The position numbers were made by a program, and so were the translations under genes. The notes beneath the pieces are model-generated. The model saw only the letters and a program-made list of their open reading frames with translations. It searched no databases and was not told the origin of the DNA. Below, in pieces: positions 55,237-64,000 of a stretch of 64,000 nucleotides of DNA (its first letter is position 1; every line of letters starts with the position of its first letter). Source of the stretch: Candidatus Methanophagales archaeon (GTDB taxonomy: Archaea > Halobacteriota > Syntropharchaeia > Alkanophagales > Methanospirareceae); the NCBI GenBank assembly GCA_017883965.1, contig JAFNKG010000002.1, forward strand, positions 4,528 through 68,527. The letters run 5' to 3'.

Positions 55237-55602
55237 ATGAAAAAAGAAGTTAAGAATTGGTTGGAACAAGCCGAACACGACATAGAAGTTGCGGAATACA
55301 ATCTTAAAGGAAATATGCTGGACGCGGCTGCTTTTTATTCACAGCAAGCGGCGGAAAAGGCATTGAAATCTTTATACATCTCAAAGTTTAACGAACTGTG
55401 GAAGGTGCACGATTTAGTTAGAATTGCAAAGAGGATTCAAGCGCCGACTAAAATTGTCGAATTATGTGCGAAGATTACTCCCGCATATTCCACCACTCGT
55501 TATCCAGATGTAGGTAAAGAGTATGCTCGTGGAGATGTGGAAGAGATTTTAACGAGTGCAAAGGAGGTATTGGAATGGGTGAAGAAGAATCTAAACTTAT
55601 AA
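55237..55602 (+). CDS. HEPN-domain protein (toxin component of HEPN/MNT pair)
   Basis: 121 aa; WLEQAEHDIEVAEYNLKGNMLDAAAFYSQQAAEKALKSLYI HEPN helices with R-x4-6-H-like region. Confidence 0.65.
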   Translation: MKKEVKNWLEQAEHDIEVAEYNLKGNMLDAAAFYSQQAAEKALKSLYISKFNELWKVHDLVRIAKRIQAPTKIVELCAKITPAYSTTRYPDVGKEYARGDVEEILTSAKEVLEWVKKNLNL

Positions 55603-55895
55603 AAGCATTAAAAGGGTTTAAAGAGAAGATGTGTCAAAAATACGACATAAAAGAGATGATATTGTTTGGTTCTCAGGTGAGAGGAGTGGCTGATGAGAAT
55701 AGCGATGTTGATTTAATCGTAGTTGGTGATGAGTTTAAGGATAAAAGTCCTCTCAAAAGACCTTTTGAACTCTATTTGGAATGGACGATGGATTATCCGG
55801 TAGATTTTTTATGCTATACGCCAGAGGAATTTGAAGAGAAGCGAAGGGAGATAAGTATTGTTCGTCATGCGATAAAAGAAGGGGTTGTAATTTGA
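55575..55895 (+). CDS. minimal nucleotidyltransferase (MNT antitoxin component)
   Basis: 106 aa; ILFGSQVRGVADENSDVDLIVV = GS...DxD nucleotidyltransferase motif; 28-bp overlap with HEPN gene. Confidence 0.7.
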   Translation: MGEEESKLIKALKGFKEKMCQKYDIKEMILFGSQVRGVADENSDVDLIVVGDEFKDKSPLKRPFELYLEWTMDYPVDFLCYTPEEFEEKRREISIVRHAIKEGVVI

Positions 55896-55930
55896 GGGGT
55901 TGTTTCCCTTCTTGAGATTTGCCTTTTTAT

Positions 55931-57502
55931 TTAAAGATACTTCGGAAAATAGAGCTCGCCGACGAACTTTTCCATAAAGTTATCTTCTTCTTCAAGCTTA
56001 ACGTGCTCTATTCGCTTTGCAACATCTTCTGCATCTTCTCTTTTTGTCTTTGATATTAACGCCTGCCTTGCACCTTCTATCGCCGCATTTCCCACTTTTT
56101 TCACTTTTCCACGCTCAATTGAGGGAAGAAGTCCTATGCGTATCGCATTCTCCGTGTTTATAAAGTTTCCGAAAGCCCCAGCCAGAAAGAGGCGGTCTAT
56201 CGCTTCAAGCACAATCCCGTATCTTTCCAGCAGGACATTTATGCCGACTGATACGGCGGACTTCGCAAGATTTAGCTGGTCAATATCCTTCTCTGATATG
56301 CTAATTCCTTCGGCTATTCTAAATTCTTTTTCAGCGCCATAGAACTTGCCTCTACCGTTGATTATTTTGTTGTCCAGAAGCTCTGCAAGAACGTCTATCA
56401 AACCGGAACCACAAACTCCAACCGGGCGGCGGTCGGCATCGTCAATCGTTTTATACATGACTGCTCCGTTCTCTATTCTCACTTCTTTTATCGCACCACT
56501 TACGCCACCGATTCCGCACGTTATGCTGGCGCCCTCAAACGCGGGACCCGCTGCACATGACGTTGCAATCAACCTCTCTTTGTTTCCCAGTATGAGTTCC
56601 GTGTTGGTCCCGATGTCTATCGCCATGCATATTTTCTCGTTTTTGTATATTTCCGTAGCCAGCACGACAGCCAGAGCGTCAGCACCGACAAAACTACCTA
56701 TCAGGGGAAGCCCGTAAACACGTGCTTCTGGATTCGCATTAATCCCGAGTTCTTTTGACTTTTTACTTACCGCCGTTTCACTCAGCGGTTCGTAAGGGCT
56801 TTTGCCAAGCGATTCGACGGAATAACCAAAGAACAAGTCTCTCATTACCGGATTGCCGACGACTACTACCTCATAGACTTTGCCCGGGTCTGCCCGTGCC
56901 GTAATCATCTCCTTCGCAGCGTTTCTGATTTCTCTTTCGAGTATATCCCGCCCTCTTCTCGCATATTCTATCCGAGAAATTACGTTATTCCCATATTTAG
57001 TCTGCGGATTTTCTCTTGAAATGACAGAAAGCACTTCGCCGGTCTCAAGGTCAATTAAATATATAACAAGCGTTGTTGTGCCTATGTCAAGAGCGATGCC
57101 GTATAAACCGCCTGTATATTCGCCCATATCTATTGACTCGCAAAAGACTCTTTCACCCTCGCGGTGCACGAAAGGTTCAATGGGAATTTCTTTATATTCG
57201 CCGGATTCTAAAATGTAATAGCCTCTTTTTGGCACTCGGACGTAAATGTGTTCGTCGGTTTTTAAAATTATCGCCTGGCAGGCAAGTCTATGCGTGTCAT
57301 CCTGAACAAAATTTTTTTCCGCTTCTGTTTTCTCTAAAAGGGCTCCGGGTGCGCACTCAACCTCGACCAGACACTGTCCGCACTTTCCCTCGCCGCCGCA
57401 CGATGCGTTTATCTCTATTTCCAACTCTTGCAGATATGAAAGTATGTTCCTTCCCTTAACGAGTTCGGCTTCTTTTCCGTAATCATTGAATATGATGTTC
57501 AT
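55931..57502 (-). CDS. RACo-like reductive activator of corrinoid proteins (2Fe-2S ferredoxin + ASKHA ATPase)
   Basis: 523 aa; N-terminal CGGEGKCGQC plant-type ferredoxin motif, then DUF4445/ASKHA-type ATPase body. Confidence 0.65.
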   Translation of the reverse strand: MNIIFNDYGKEAELVKGRNILSYLQELEIEINASCGGEGKCGQCLVEVECAPGALLEKTEAEKNFVQDDTHRLACQAIILKTDEHIYVRVPKRGYYILESGEYKEIPIEPFVHREGERVFCESIDMGEYTGGLYGIALDIGTTTLVIYLIDLETGEVLSVISRENPQTKYGNNVISRIEYARRGRDILEREIRNAAKEMITARADPGKVYEVVVVGNPVMRDLFFGYSVESLGKSPYEPLSETAVSKKSKELGINANPEARVYGLPLIGSFVGADALAVVLATEIYKNEKICMAIDIGTNTELILGNKERLIATSCAAGPAFEGASITCGIGGVSGAIKEVRIENGAVMYKTIDDADRRPVGVCGSGLIDVLAELLDNKIINGRGKFYGAEKEFRIAEGISISEKDIDQLNLAKSAVSVGINVLLERYGIVLEAIDRLFLAGAFGNFINTENAIRIGLLPSIERGKVKKVGNAAIEGARQALISKTKREDAEDVAKRIEHVKLEEEDNFMEKFVGELYFPKYL

Positions 57503-57616
57503 GGTTTCTTTTTACTTTAAAAAACAATCCTTTTAAGAAAACTGTTTACAAACTTTTCTTTCAAAAAAGAAAAAGTTTATGCGCATAAATTTCAAATAAA
57601 GATACAAATTTATATA

Positions 57617-58564
57617 ATGGCGCATATAAAAATAATAATCTTGGTAACAATCGTAGCGGTGGCTCTATTTACGGGATGCCTTGAAGAGGGAGTCCCAACA
57701 TCTACAAAGCTGCCTAAAATACCAGAACTAACTGAGTTTTTCAATCCTAACATTACTGAACAAACGCTGCCTTACTCTAAAGCTTCAGGGTCGCAAGTGT
57801 GTCTCGTTAACTACAAGAACGCCACTGACCCCACATGGAATGAATTAATGTCTTTCTTAGAAAAGGATGACACGGATGAGCAACCTTATATTGAAGGTTC
57901 GTTTGTTTGTGCGGACTTTGCCGAGATGCTGCATAACAATGCCGAAGCGTCAGGTATCAAAGCCGCGTTTGTCGGTGTGGATTTTGTCGTGGGTGAGGGA
58001 CATGCACTTAATGCTTTCAACACCACGGATAGAGGGCAGGTCTATGTAGATTGCACTGGTGAAGGTTTTCATCCCCCTGTGTCTCCGTCACGCATATCCC
58101 AGGAGACCGATTCTTACCGCGAATATCATCATTTTGACTATTCGTCGGATAAGATTGCTTATGTAGTTGACGGTAAAGAGTATGGCTCGATAAGTATAGA
58201 CAAGGCAACGTCTCCTGAGTACTGGTTTTATGAGGACTATAATCAGAAGTGGGATGCGTATGACAGGGAGTTAGAAGCATACAATAGCGATATCGAGGAA
58301 TATAACAAAGCTGTTGAAGCATACGAGCGAGATGTTGATGCGTATGAAAGGGCTGTGGGTGGTAGGACGCATATAAGCGACCCTGAGGAATATGAACGAC
58401 TGAACAAACTGTATAATGACCTGAAAGCGAGAGAGAATAAATTGGACATTCGGGTGAACGAATTGGATGCAAGGCGTGAGAGGTTGGATGAATGGCAAGA
58501 GGAATTGGGATACTACTGCTGGGAGCCGTTAGGCGTTGTTACGAATGTTGATATTTATTGGTGA
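57617..58564 (+). CDS. putative secreted/lipoprotein with C-terminal coiled-coil repeats
   Basis: 315 aa; signal peptide with lipobox-like LFTGC; C-terminal EAYNSDIEEYNKAVEAYERDVDAYERAV heptad repeats. Confidence 0.45.
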   Translation: MAHIKIIILVTIVAVALFTGCLEEGVPTSTKLPKIPELTEFFNPNITEQTLPYSKASGSQVCLVNYKNATDPTWNELMSFLEKDDTDEQPYIEGSFVCADFAEMLHNNAEASGIKAAFVGVDFVVGEGHALNAFNTTDRGQVYVDCTGEGFHPPVSPSRISQETDSYREYHHFDYSSDKIAYVVDGKEYGSISIDKATSPEYWFYEDYNQKWDAYDRELEAYNSDIEEYNKAVEAYERDVDAYERAVGGRTHISDPEEYERLNKLYNDLKARENKLDIRVNELDARRERLDEWQEELGYYCWEPLGVVTNVDIYW

Positions 58565-58886
58565 TAAATGCGGAGCATCAATTTGCAGATTGGTTTAGCT
58601 GAAATTAAAGCATGGTAAAAAATGAAGAGCCAAAAAGCAATAAATCGAGAAATCGAAATAGAAATTTTTAGGCTTGTAGTGCAGGTCACAGAAAGAAGAT
58701 TTTAAATCCCGCTTTTACAAAAATTGGGATCGGAGTTGCCTGTAAGGAAAAACATGGGCATAGAGAGTATTATGCGACTCAAGACTTTCAAGGTTAAATA
58801 AAAATAAATATGAGGCGAAGAAGTTCTTTTTGGCTGGCAACTATTTATATTATAACGTTTGATGTAATAAAATTAGGACGATAAAT

Positions 58887-59366
58887 ATGATGGATGAGGA
58901 AAAGAAAGAATTGAAGGAGGGAAAAGAGTCCATGGAAAAGGATTTGGAAAAAAGCATTAATGAGCAGAAAGAAATCCTAAAAGTCCCTCAAAGTGATATA
59001 AGAGACATAAAAGAAAGTTTGCAAGAAATTAGAGGTATACTGGAGGAGACATCAAAAGTTAGTTTGTTGTATGTACTCGGTGGCGTGTATATTGCAATAG
59101 GTCTTGCAATGATGGGATTTAGTGTTTCTTCATCGTCATTAAAAATTTTGGGAGTTCTTGTTGGTCTTTTCATATTTTTAGCAGGCGTGTTCATAATCAT
59201 TGGCACATACTATGCTAGGACAAACGTTAACAAATATCCTGATCTATGTATAAATGCATTAAAAGAACTTAAGCACACGAATAAATGGTTATTTTGTAGT
59301 TTTTTGTGTATAGTCTGTGCCATTTTAACCTTTATCGTGCTTTTCTGTTTTTCGTTTGGGTTATGA
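58887..59366 (+). CDS. hypothetical membrane protein
   Basis: 159 aa; acidic N-terminus, 4 hydrophobic helices. Confidence 0.35.
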   Translation: MMDEEKKELKEGKESMEKDLEKSINEQKEILKVPQSDIRDIKESLQEIRGILEETSKVSLLYVLGGVYIAIGLAMMGFSVSSSSLKILGVLVGLFIFLAGVFIIIGTYYARTNVNKYPDLCINALKELKHTNKWLFCSFLCIVCAILTFIVLFCFSFGL

Positions 59367-59564
59367 AACTTTCAGAGCTCACAAAGTATAGTGAATGCTT
59401 CAAAAAATAGGACACCATATATGCTCGCTGATCCGTGTGAGGTTTTATTTCTCTTTAATTGTCTATAATAGCTCCGTTCATTTCCTCCACAGAAGAAAAA
59501 GGTCTGTCGCAATATTTTATGAGGTTCCTATAGTCCAAATGCAAATCGCTTATGAGGAATATCA

Positions 59565-60227
59565 TCACGACCACCAGAATATCTTTTTAACCTTAGCTAA
59601 TGCTTTCCTAAAGAATATTTTCATCTTAAATCTTAAAATAGTTTTCTTCCATATTCGTTTGCTCAATGCCGCTCTTCGATTCAATAACCTTTTGAGCATG
59701 AGGTCATGCTCATACAGTATTTTACCATTTCTCAGAATTGTTATTCGCAAGAGATATTGGTTAATGTTGGGTTTTTCTTTGCTTTTCAGGTATCTCCAAA
59801 CGTCAGAAAATTTCCTATCAATGTCCTTAAAAGCGATTGTGGCGTGAAATGAGAATTTCATATTCTTATCTCCTCCTTTGAGTTCAACATACTTCATTAA
59901 TCTCTTTGCTAATTTCCACCGTAATTCTTCGAGTTCTTTTGAAGGTTCAATATCAACATAAATGACTTTACCTTCTGGGTTATTAAAATAGCCAAACCCT
60001 TTGAGTTTAAAATTCACAAGATTATAATTTTTGCCAACACTTTCCACATCCCTAATTACTCTTTCTATCTCTCTCGTTTCAAAGGGACCTGCCAATGTGA
60101 TATGAGGAAGAGGTCTTTTTCTTGTTACACCTCTAACATGAAATCTTCTTGCAACTTCAAAAATTAACCTTTTAAGATACCTCCTGGCGTATCCATGGAA
60201 TCTGAATTCTATAAGGTAATGTGTCAT
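59565..60227 (-). CDS. 2H phosphoesterase (LigT-like 2'-5' RNA ligase / cyclic phosphodiesterase family)
   Basis: 220 aa; two H-x-T/S-x motifs (HITLAG, HATIAF). Confidence 0.6.
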   Translation of the reverse strand: MTHYLIEFRFHGYARRYLKRLIFEVARRFHVRGVTRKRPLPHITLAGPFETREIERVIRDVESVGKNYNLVNFKLKGFGYFNNPEGKVIYVDIEPSKELEELRWKLAKRLMKYVELKGGDKNMKFSFHATIAFKDIDRKFSDVWRYLKSKEKPNINQYLLRITILRNGKILYEHDLMLKRLLNRRAALSKRIWKKTILRFKMKIFFRKALAKVKKIFWWS

Positions 60228-60583
60228 TTATCTGTTGTAGGTTTATTTCAAGTGTTGGAATATAGATAGTATAATTGTAGTATAAAAGTATAACCCTGCT
60301 CTGTAAATCAAATAAAAAACGCGCAGGAGTGAAATAAATGGCACATAAGAGAAAAAGAGGGACAGCAATAGTAGAGACAAGTAAGGGTATTTTAGTAACT
60401 TCTGGTCATAAGAATATCCCTTACCACAAAATCAATTATTGACAGATATTACAAATGGAAAAAGCGAAGTATCTTTTATAGGCTTTTCAATATTTTTAGA
60501 TAACCCGGATAACCGTTAAAATAATTTGTTTCCGTGATTTCCTTGACCTATCCAACCAATTTGTTTTAGACTCAAGCTTATTT

Positions 60584-60769
60584 TTATTTCCCTCTAAACC
60601 TTTCTTTATCGCCTTTAGCTTGAACCCAAGATTGTCTCTTTCCACAAATCATACAATATCTCTTCCAATTTTTTACATTTGAAGTGGAACCATAATCTAT
60701 ATAGGTCTTCCTTGACCATTTATGTATGCCAATTTTACAAAGAAGTTTCCTAACTTTTGATTTTTTCAT
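60584..60769 (-). CDS. small Cys-containing hypothetical protein
   Basis: 61 aa; CxxxxH...CMICGK; weak. Confidence 0.2.
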   Translation of the reverse strand: MKKSKVRKLLCKIGIHKWSRKTYIDYGSTSNVKNWKRYCMICGKRQSWVQAKGDKERFRGK

Positions 60770-60995
60770 TTTGTCTCCTTCCTCTTCCTTTCCAATATCC
60801 TCCTGTCTCTCTTGATAGGGGTCATAAGACCCCTCTAATTTTCTCTCTAAACACTAAACATCTTTTTATCACCTCTTTTTAACATTTATCCTCATTTTAT
60901 CGCTGGTATCCAAATATGGGTTTTTATCAATCCATTCACACTTTATTTTTTACTCTATAATTATAAGTAATCCTGAAAGTAAAAGAAATAAGGGA

Positions 60996-61223
60996 GTGAA
61001 GCAGACCATGTTGAGGCATTTTACATTGGAATATTGGATAGACGACGATTGGTATGTTGGGAGACTGAAAGAAGTTCCTGGTGTATTTAGCCAGGGCGAA
61101 TCTCTGGAAGCGTTAGAAGAAAATATCCGTGACGCATACCGCTTAATGGTGGAGGTGGAGATTTCACATCGGACTATGGCGCAGACTAAAGAACTAATCA
61201 GAAAGCAGCTCGGGCTCAAATGA
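60996..61223 (+). CDS. HicB-like (UPF0150/DUF1902) small protein
   Basis: 75 aa; HFTLEYWIDDDWYVGRLKEVPGVFSQGESLEALEENIRDA typical HicB N-domain; ATGA overlap with corrinoid protein gene. Confidence 0.5.
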   Translation: MKQTMLRHFTLEYWIDDDWYVGRLKEVPGVFSQGESLEALEENIRDAYRLMVEVEISHRTMAQTKELIRKQLGLK

Positions 61224-61891
61224 TGCACCATAATTTTAAAGCTTCAGTCACATTATCTTATTCCATGGAATATACAATAGTAATAATTGACGCATTGCTT
61301 GACGTGAGAAAAAAGAAAATAGAAGCATTTTGCGAAGAGAGGCTGAACAGTGGAACGGATGCGTATGAGATTATTGACGAGATGACTAAAGGACTAAGGG
61401 AAATCGGGGAAGGATACAAAGAGATATATTTCGACGCTGAACTGATGGTTTCAGGATGGAATGCAAAAAAAGCATTACAGATTCTCAAGCCATTGTTGCA
61501 AGAAGAGGTAGAGGTAACTGACAGGATAGGAAAAGTCGTTATCGGCACGGTCAAAGGAGACGTGCACGATATAGGAAAAGATATAGTAAATATAATGCTA
61601 TCTTCAGAGGGCTTTGAGGTCATTGACCTTGGAACAGACGTTGTAAAGGAGAACTATGCGGATGCCGTCCGTGAAGCCGGAGCTGATATTCTCGCAATGT
61701 CCGCATTATTGACGACGACGAGGGAATACATGGCAGAAGTTATCGAATATTTCAGGGCTGAAGGTCTGGAGGTAAAGATAATGGTTGGCGGTGGTGCAGT
61801 CAGTGCGGAATACGCTAACGAAATCGGTGCAGACGCCTACGGTAGAGATGCCGTTGAAGCGGTCAGGAAGGCGAAGGAGCTTTTGGTATAG
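61220..61891 (+). CDS. corrinoid (cobalamin-binding) protein of methyltransferase systems
   Basis: 223 aa; B12-binding DxHxxG motif GDVHDIGKDIV, Rossmann-like B12 domain (ADILAMSALLTTT), N-terminal helical cap. Confidence 0.75.
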   Translation: MMHHNFKASVTLSYSMEYTIVIIDALLDVRKKKIEAFCEERLNSGTDAYEIIDEMTKGLREIGEGYKEIYFDAELMVSGWNAKKALQILKPLLQEEVEVTDRIGKVVIGTVKGDVHDIGKDIVNIMLSSEGFEVIDLGTDVVKENYADAVREAGADILAMSALLTTTREYMAEVIEYFRAEGLEVKIMVGGGAVSAEYANEIGADAYGRDAVEAVRKAKELLV

Positions 61892-62061
61892 TATCTTGAA
61901 TGCTTGATGGTGTTTTTGCCGTATTTACTGAACATTGAGACTGCGAGAGGAAAAGTCTTACCTCAGGTTCTAACTTCTGGTTCTAACCAGTTGTCTCGGT
62001 TTTTTATGAATATCTTTTAAACCTCTTAATCAGTGCATGACGATTCTATGGGGGTTTTGAA

Positions 62062-64000
62062 ATGAGTTCGATGAGAAAAATAAAGAAAACGGTGCTGGTT
62101 GCTTTGGTGCTGATTTCCCTGACATTACTCTCAGCGAATATAAGTGCGACACAGCAGACATCCACAAACATTTCAATTAACTCAACGGACGATGATTTTC
62201 GAGAAGAGACAATCTACTTTTTGATGACCGACAGGTTTGTCAACGGGAATATGAGTAATGATTATTCCTGGCGTGACGATTTCGGAGGAAACATAGGCTA
62301 TAATGGCGGCGATTTTCAAGGGATAATTGACAATCTTGATTATATCAAGGGTATGGGTTTCACAGCCATCTGGATAACACCAGTAGTAGATAATCCTGAT
62401 TACCGATTTAATGGCGAGGGGATAGATAAAAATAAGGCATCCTATCATGGTTATTGGGGTATGGATTTCACTAAAAGCGATGAACACTGGGAATCTTCAA
62501 ACGCAACATTCGATGATTTAGTAAATGCTGTTCATGCAAAAGGTATGAAGCTGGTTTTAGATATCGTATGCAACCATGCAAGTCCTGCTTATACTATGAA
62601 TCCCGAGTTAGAGGGATTTGGTGAGGTTTGGGAAAATGGAATCAAGATTCATGATCATGGCAACCATCCAACAGACCCCTATGCCGAGATGGATGACCCA
62701 TACTGGTTCCATCACAATGGACCCGGTGGTGACCCAGACCATGACTTAGCCCAGTTAGCTGATTTTAACACAGAAAATGAAAATGTTCGGATTTGGCTTA
62801 AGAACGTTTATAAGGGTTGGCAGAACAAGGGTGTGGATGCCTTCCGGATTGATACAATTATGTGGTGTCCACATGATTATTGGAAGGATTTTACCGCTGC
62901 AATGGACACGGATTTCTTTATGTTCGGTGAAGCATTCAGCTTTGATTACGGGACTGTTTCTTCTTACACCTATGATGGAATGAGTGTTCTTGATTTCGTT
63001 GGACACGATAGAATTAAAAGCGTATTTAGAGGTGGAAACTACGCTGATATGCATGGCTTATTAGACAACGATTGGCGTTACTCAGATGCAGACTATCTTG
63101 TTAATTTTATAGATAATCATGATGTACGTAGATTTGAAGGAAGTGAAGAGCAGTTAATTGATGCATTAAACTGGGTATTCACAATCAGGGGGATTCCTTG
63201 TGTGTATTATGGAACAGAAATGGCATTCAATGCCGGTAGGGGAGAATATGATGGTGGTAGGGCTTATTACGGCACTGAAAATATCGCAAACGCTCCCAAT
63301 TCGCCAGTATACCAACAAATTGTTAAGTTAAACACAGTAAGAAAAGAAAACGTTGCCCTGCAAAAGGGTTCGATGGATAGGTCGAACGTATGGGTGAGTG
63401 ATACAAGCAATGCCTTTGCATTCAAAAGAGCTTATAGCGATAACAAGGTCCTTGTAGCACTCAATAAGGCGGATGGATGGAGTAATTACCGCTTTAGTAA
63501 TGTGGAGAATGGCAATTGGACCGATGCAATTAGTGGATGGACTATAATGGTCACTGACAACACTTTAAGTTTTGGAGTAAGTCCGCATTCTGTTGCCGTT
63601 TATGTATTTGAACGGGAGGGCGTGATGTATCTACGTGGCACATTCAACAACTGGAGTTTATCAGACCAAATGTTCAAAAATCCAGAAGGTTTGTGGGAAA
63701 TAACAAAGAATCTTTCCGCTGGAACAATAGAATATAAATTCGATACCGGGAAGTGGACTGCGAATGAGAACTGGGGTCACGGAGACGAGGGCACTGAGGT
63801 GCCGCAATCAGGTTATGCTGTTCCCAACGCCCCGAATATCGTGCTCAATATCCTGAGACCGGGAGAATATACGTTCAAATTCAACGATGCCAGTAGGTAT
63901 TTCTCTGTAACGGGTGTTGAACCTATGAAAACCACCTTCAGAGTTCATTACGATGTGGGTTGGGGCAATAACATTGCCATTCGCGGCAGTATTCCGCAAC
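62062..64000 (+). CDS. secreted GH13 alpha-amylase-family glycosidase with C-terminal carbohydrate-binding region; 3' end beyond window
   Basis: Open from ATG 62062 to window end; signal peptide; GH13 regions LDIVCNHAS, GVDAFRIDTIMW, FGEAF, FIDNHD; absent from ORF track because no stop in window. Confidence 0.85.
   Translation, partial: MSSMRKIKKTVLVALVLISLTLLSANISATQQTSTNISINSTDDDFREETIYFLMTDRFVNGNMSNDYSWRDDFGGNIGYNGGDFQGIIDNLDYIKGMGFTAIWITPVVDNPDYRFNGEGIDKNKASYHGYWGMDFTKSDEHWESSNATFDDLVNAVHAKGMKLVLDIVCNHASPAYTMNPELEGFGEVWENGIKIHDHGNHPTDPYAEMDDPYWFHHNGPGGDPDHDLAQLADFNTENENVRIWLKNVYKGWQNKGVDAFRIDTIMWCPHDYWKDFTAAMDTDFFMFGEAFSFDYGTVSSYTYDGMSVLDFVGHDRIKSVFRGGNYADMHGLLDNDWRYSDADYLVNFIDNHDVRRFEGSEEQLIDALNWVFTIRGIPCVYYGTEMAFNAGRGEYDGGRAYYGTENIANAPNSPVYQQIVKLNTVRKENVALQKGSMDRSNVWVSDTSNAFAFKRAYSDNKVLVALNKADGWSNYRFSNVENGNWTDAISGWTIMVTDNTLSFGVSPHSVAVYVFEREGVMYLRGTFNNWSLSDQMFKNPEGLWEITKNLSAGTIEYKFDTGKWTANENWGHGDEGTEVPQSGYAVPNAPNIVLNILRPGEYTFKFNDASRYFSVTGVEPMKTTFRVHYDVGWGNNIAIRGSIPQ

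Overview
Archaeal chromosome segment, ~42% GC by eye. Formylmethanofuran dehydrogenase genes, corrinoid/RACo genes, an archaeal DNA polymerase D large subunit and an intein-containing RFC small subunit suggest a methanogen- or ANME-like euryarchaeon. Core genes: secD, nitroreductase, sugar-phosphate isomerase, NfeD protease, PolD large subunit (DP2), RNase J-like MBL nuclease, fwdDBAC operon, aroE, rfcS with a LAGLIDADG intein, MarC, tRNA-Thr, tiaS, S2P protease, a chemotaxis/two-component cluster (response regulators, GAF-PAS-DUF835 sensor, MCP, histidine kinase), trm5-like methyltransferase, DUF169-MFS-fwdB paralog cluster, amidohydrolase, ilvE, RACo-like activator, corrinoid protein and a partial GH13 alpha-amylase. 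An accessory island (~2.5-15.2 kb) next to an atypical tRNA carries many toxin-antitoxin modules (PIN/AF2212-like, HicB, DUF433/DUF5615). It also carries an OLD-family ATPase-Toprim nuclease paired with a polytopic membrane protein and flanked by ~38-bp direct repeats. A striking array follows: three unrelated membrane-protein genes, each preceded by a duplicated C-terminal-tail fragment of a type IIG restriction/N6-methyltransferase (one copy still fused to an HSDR_N-type nuclease domain), followed by a DUF4143 ATPase-nuclease. Several short repeat families were found, including a palindromic ~47-bp element inserted in-frame in tiaS, a ~100-bp intergenic family and a MITE-like element with AAATCCT inverted repeats, plus segmental duplications and two gene-decay sites. 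More TA pairs (DUF433/DUF5615 copy 2, HEPN/MNT, HicB-like) lie in the second half. All calls come from reading the sequence and translated ORFs and from motif recall; no database searches were run.
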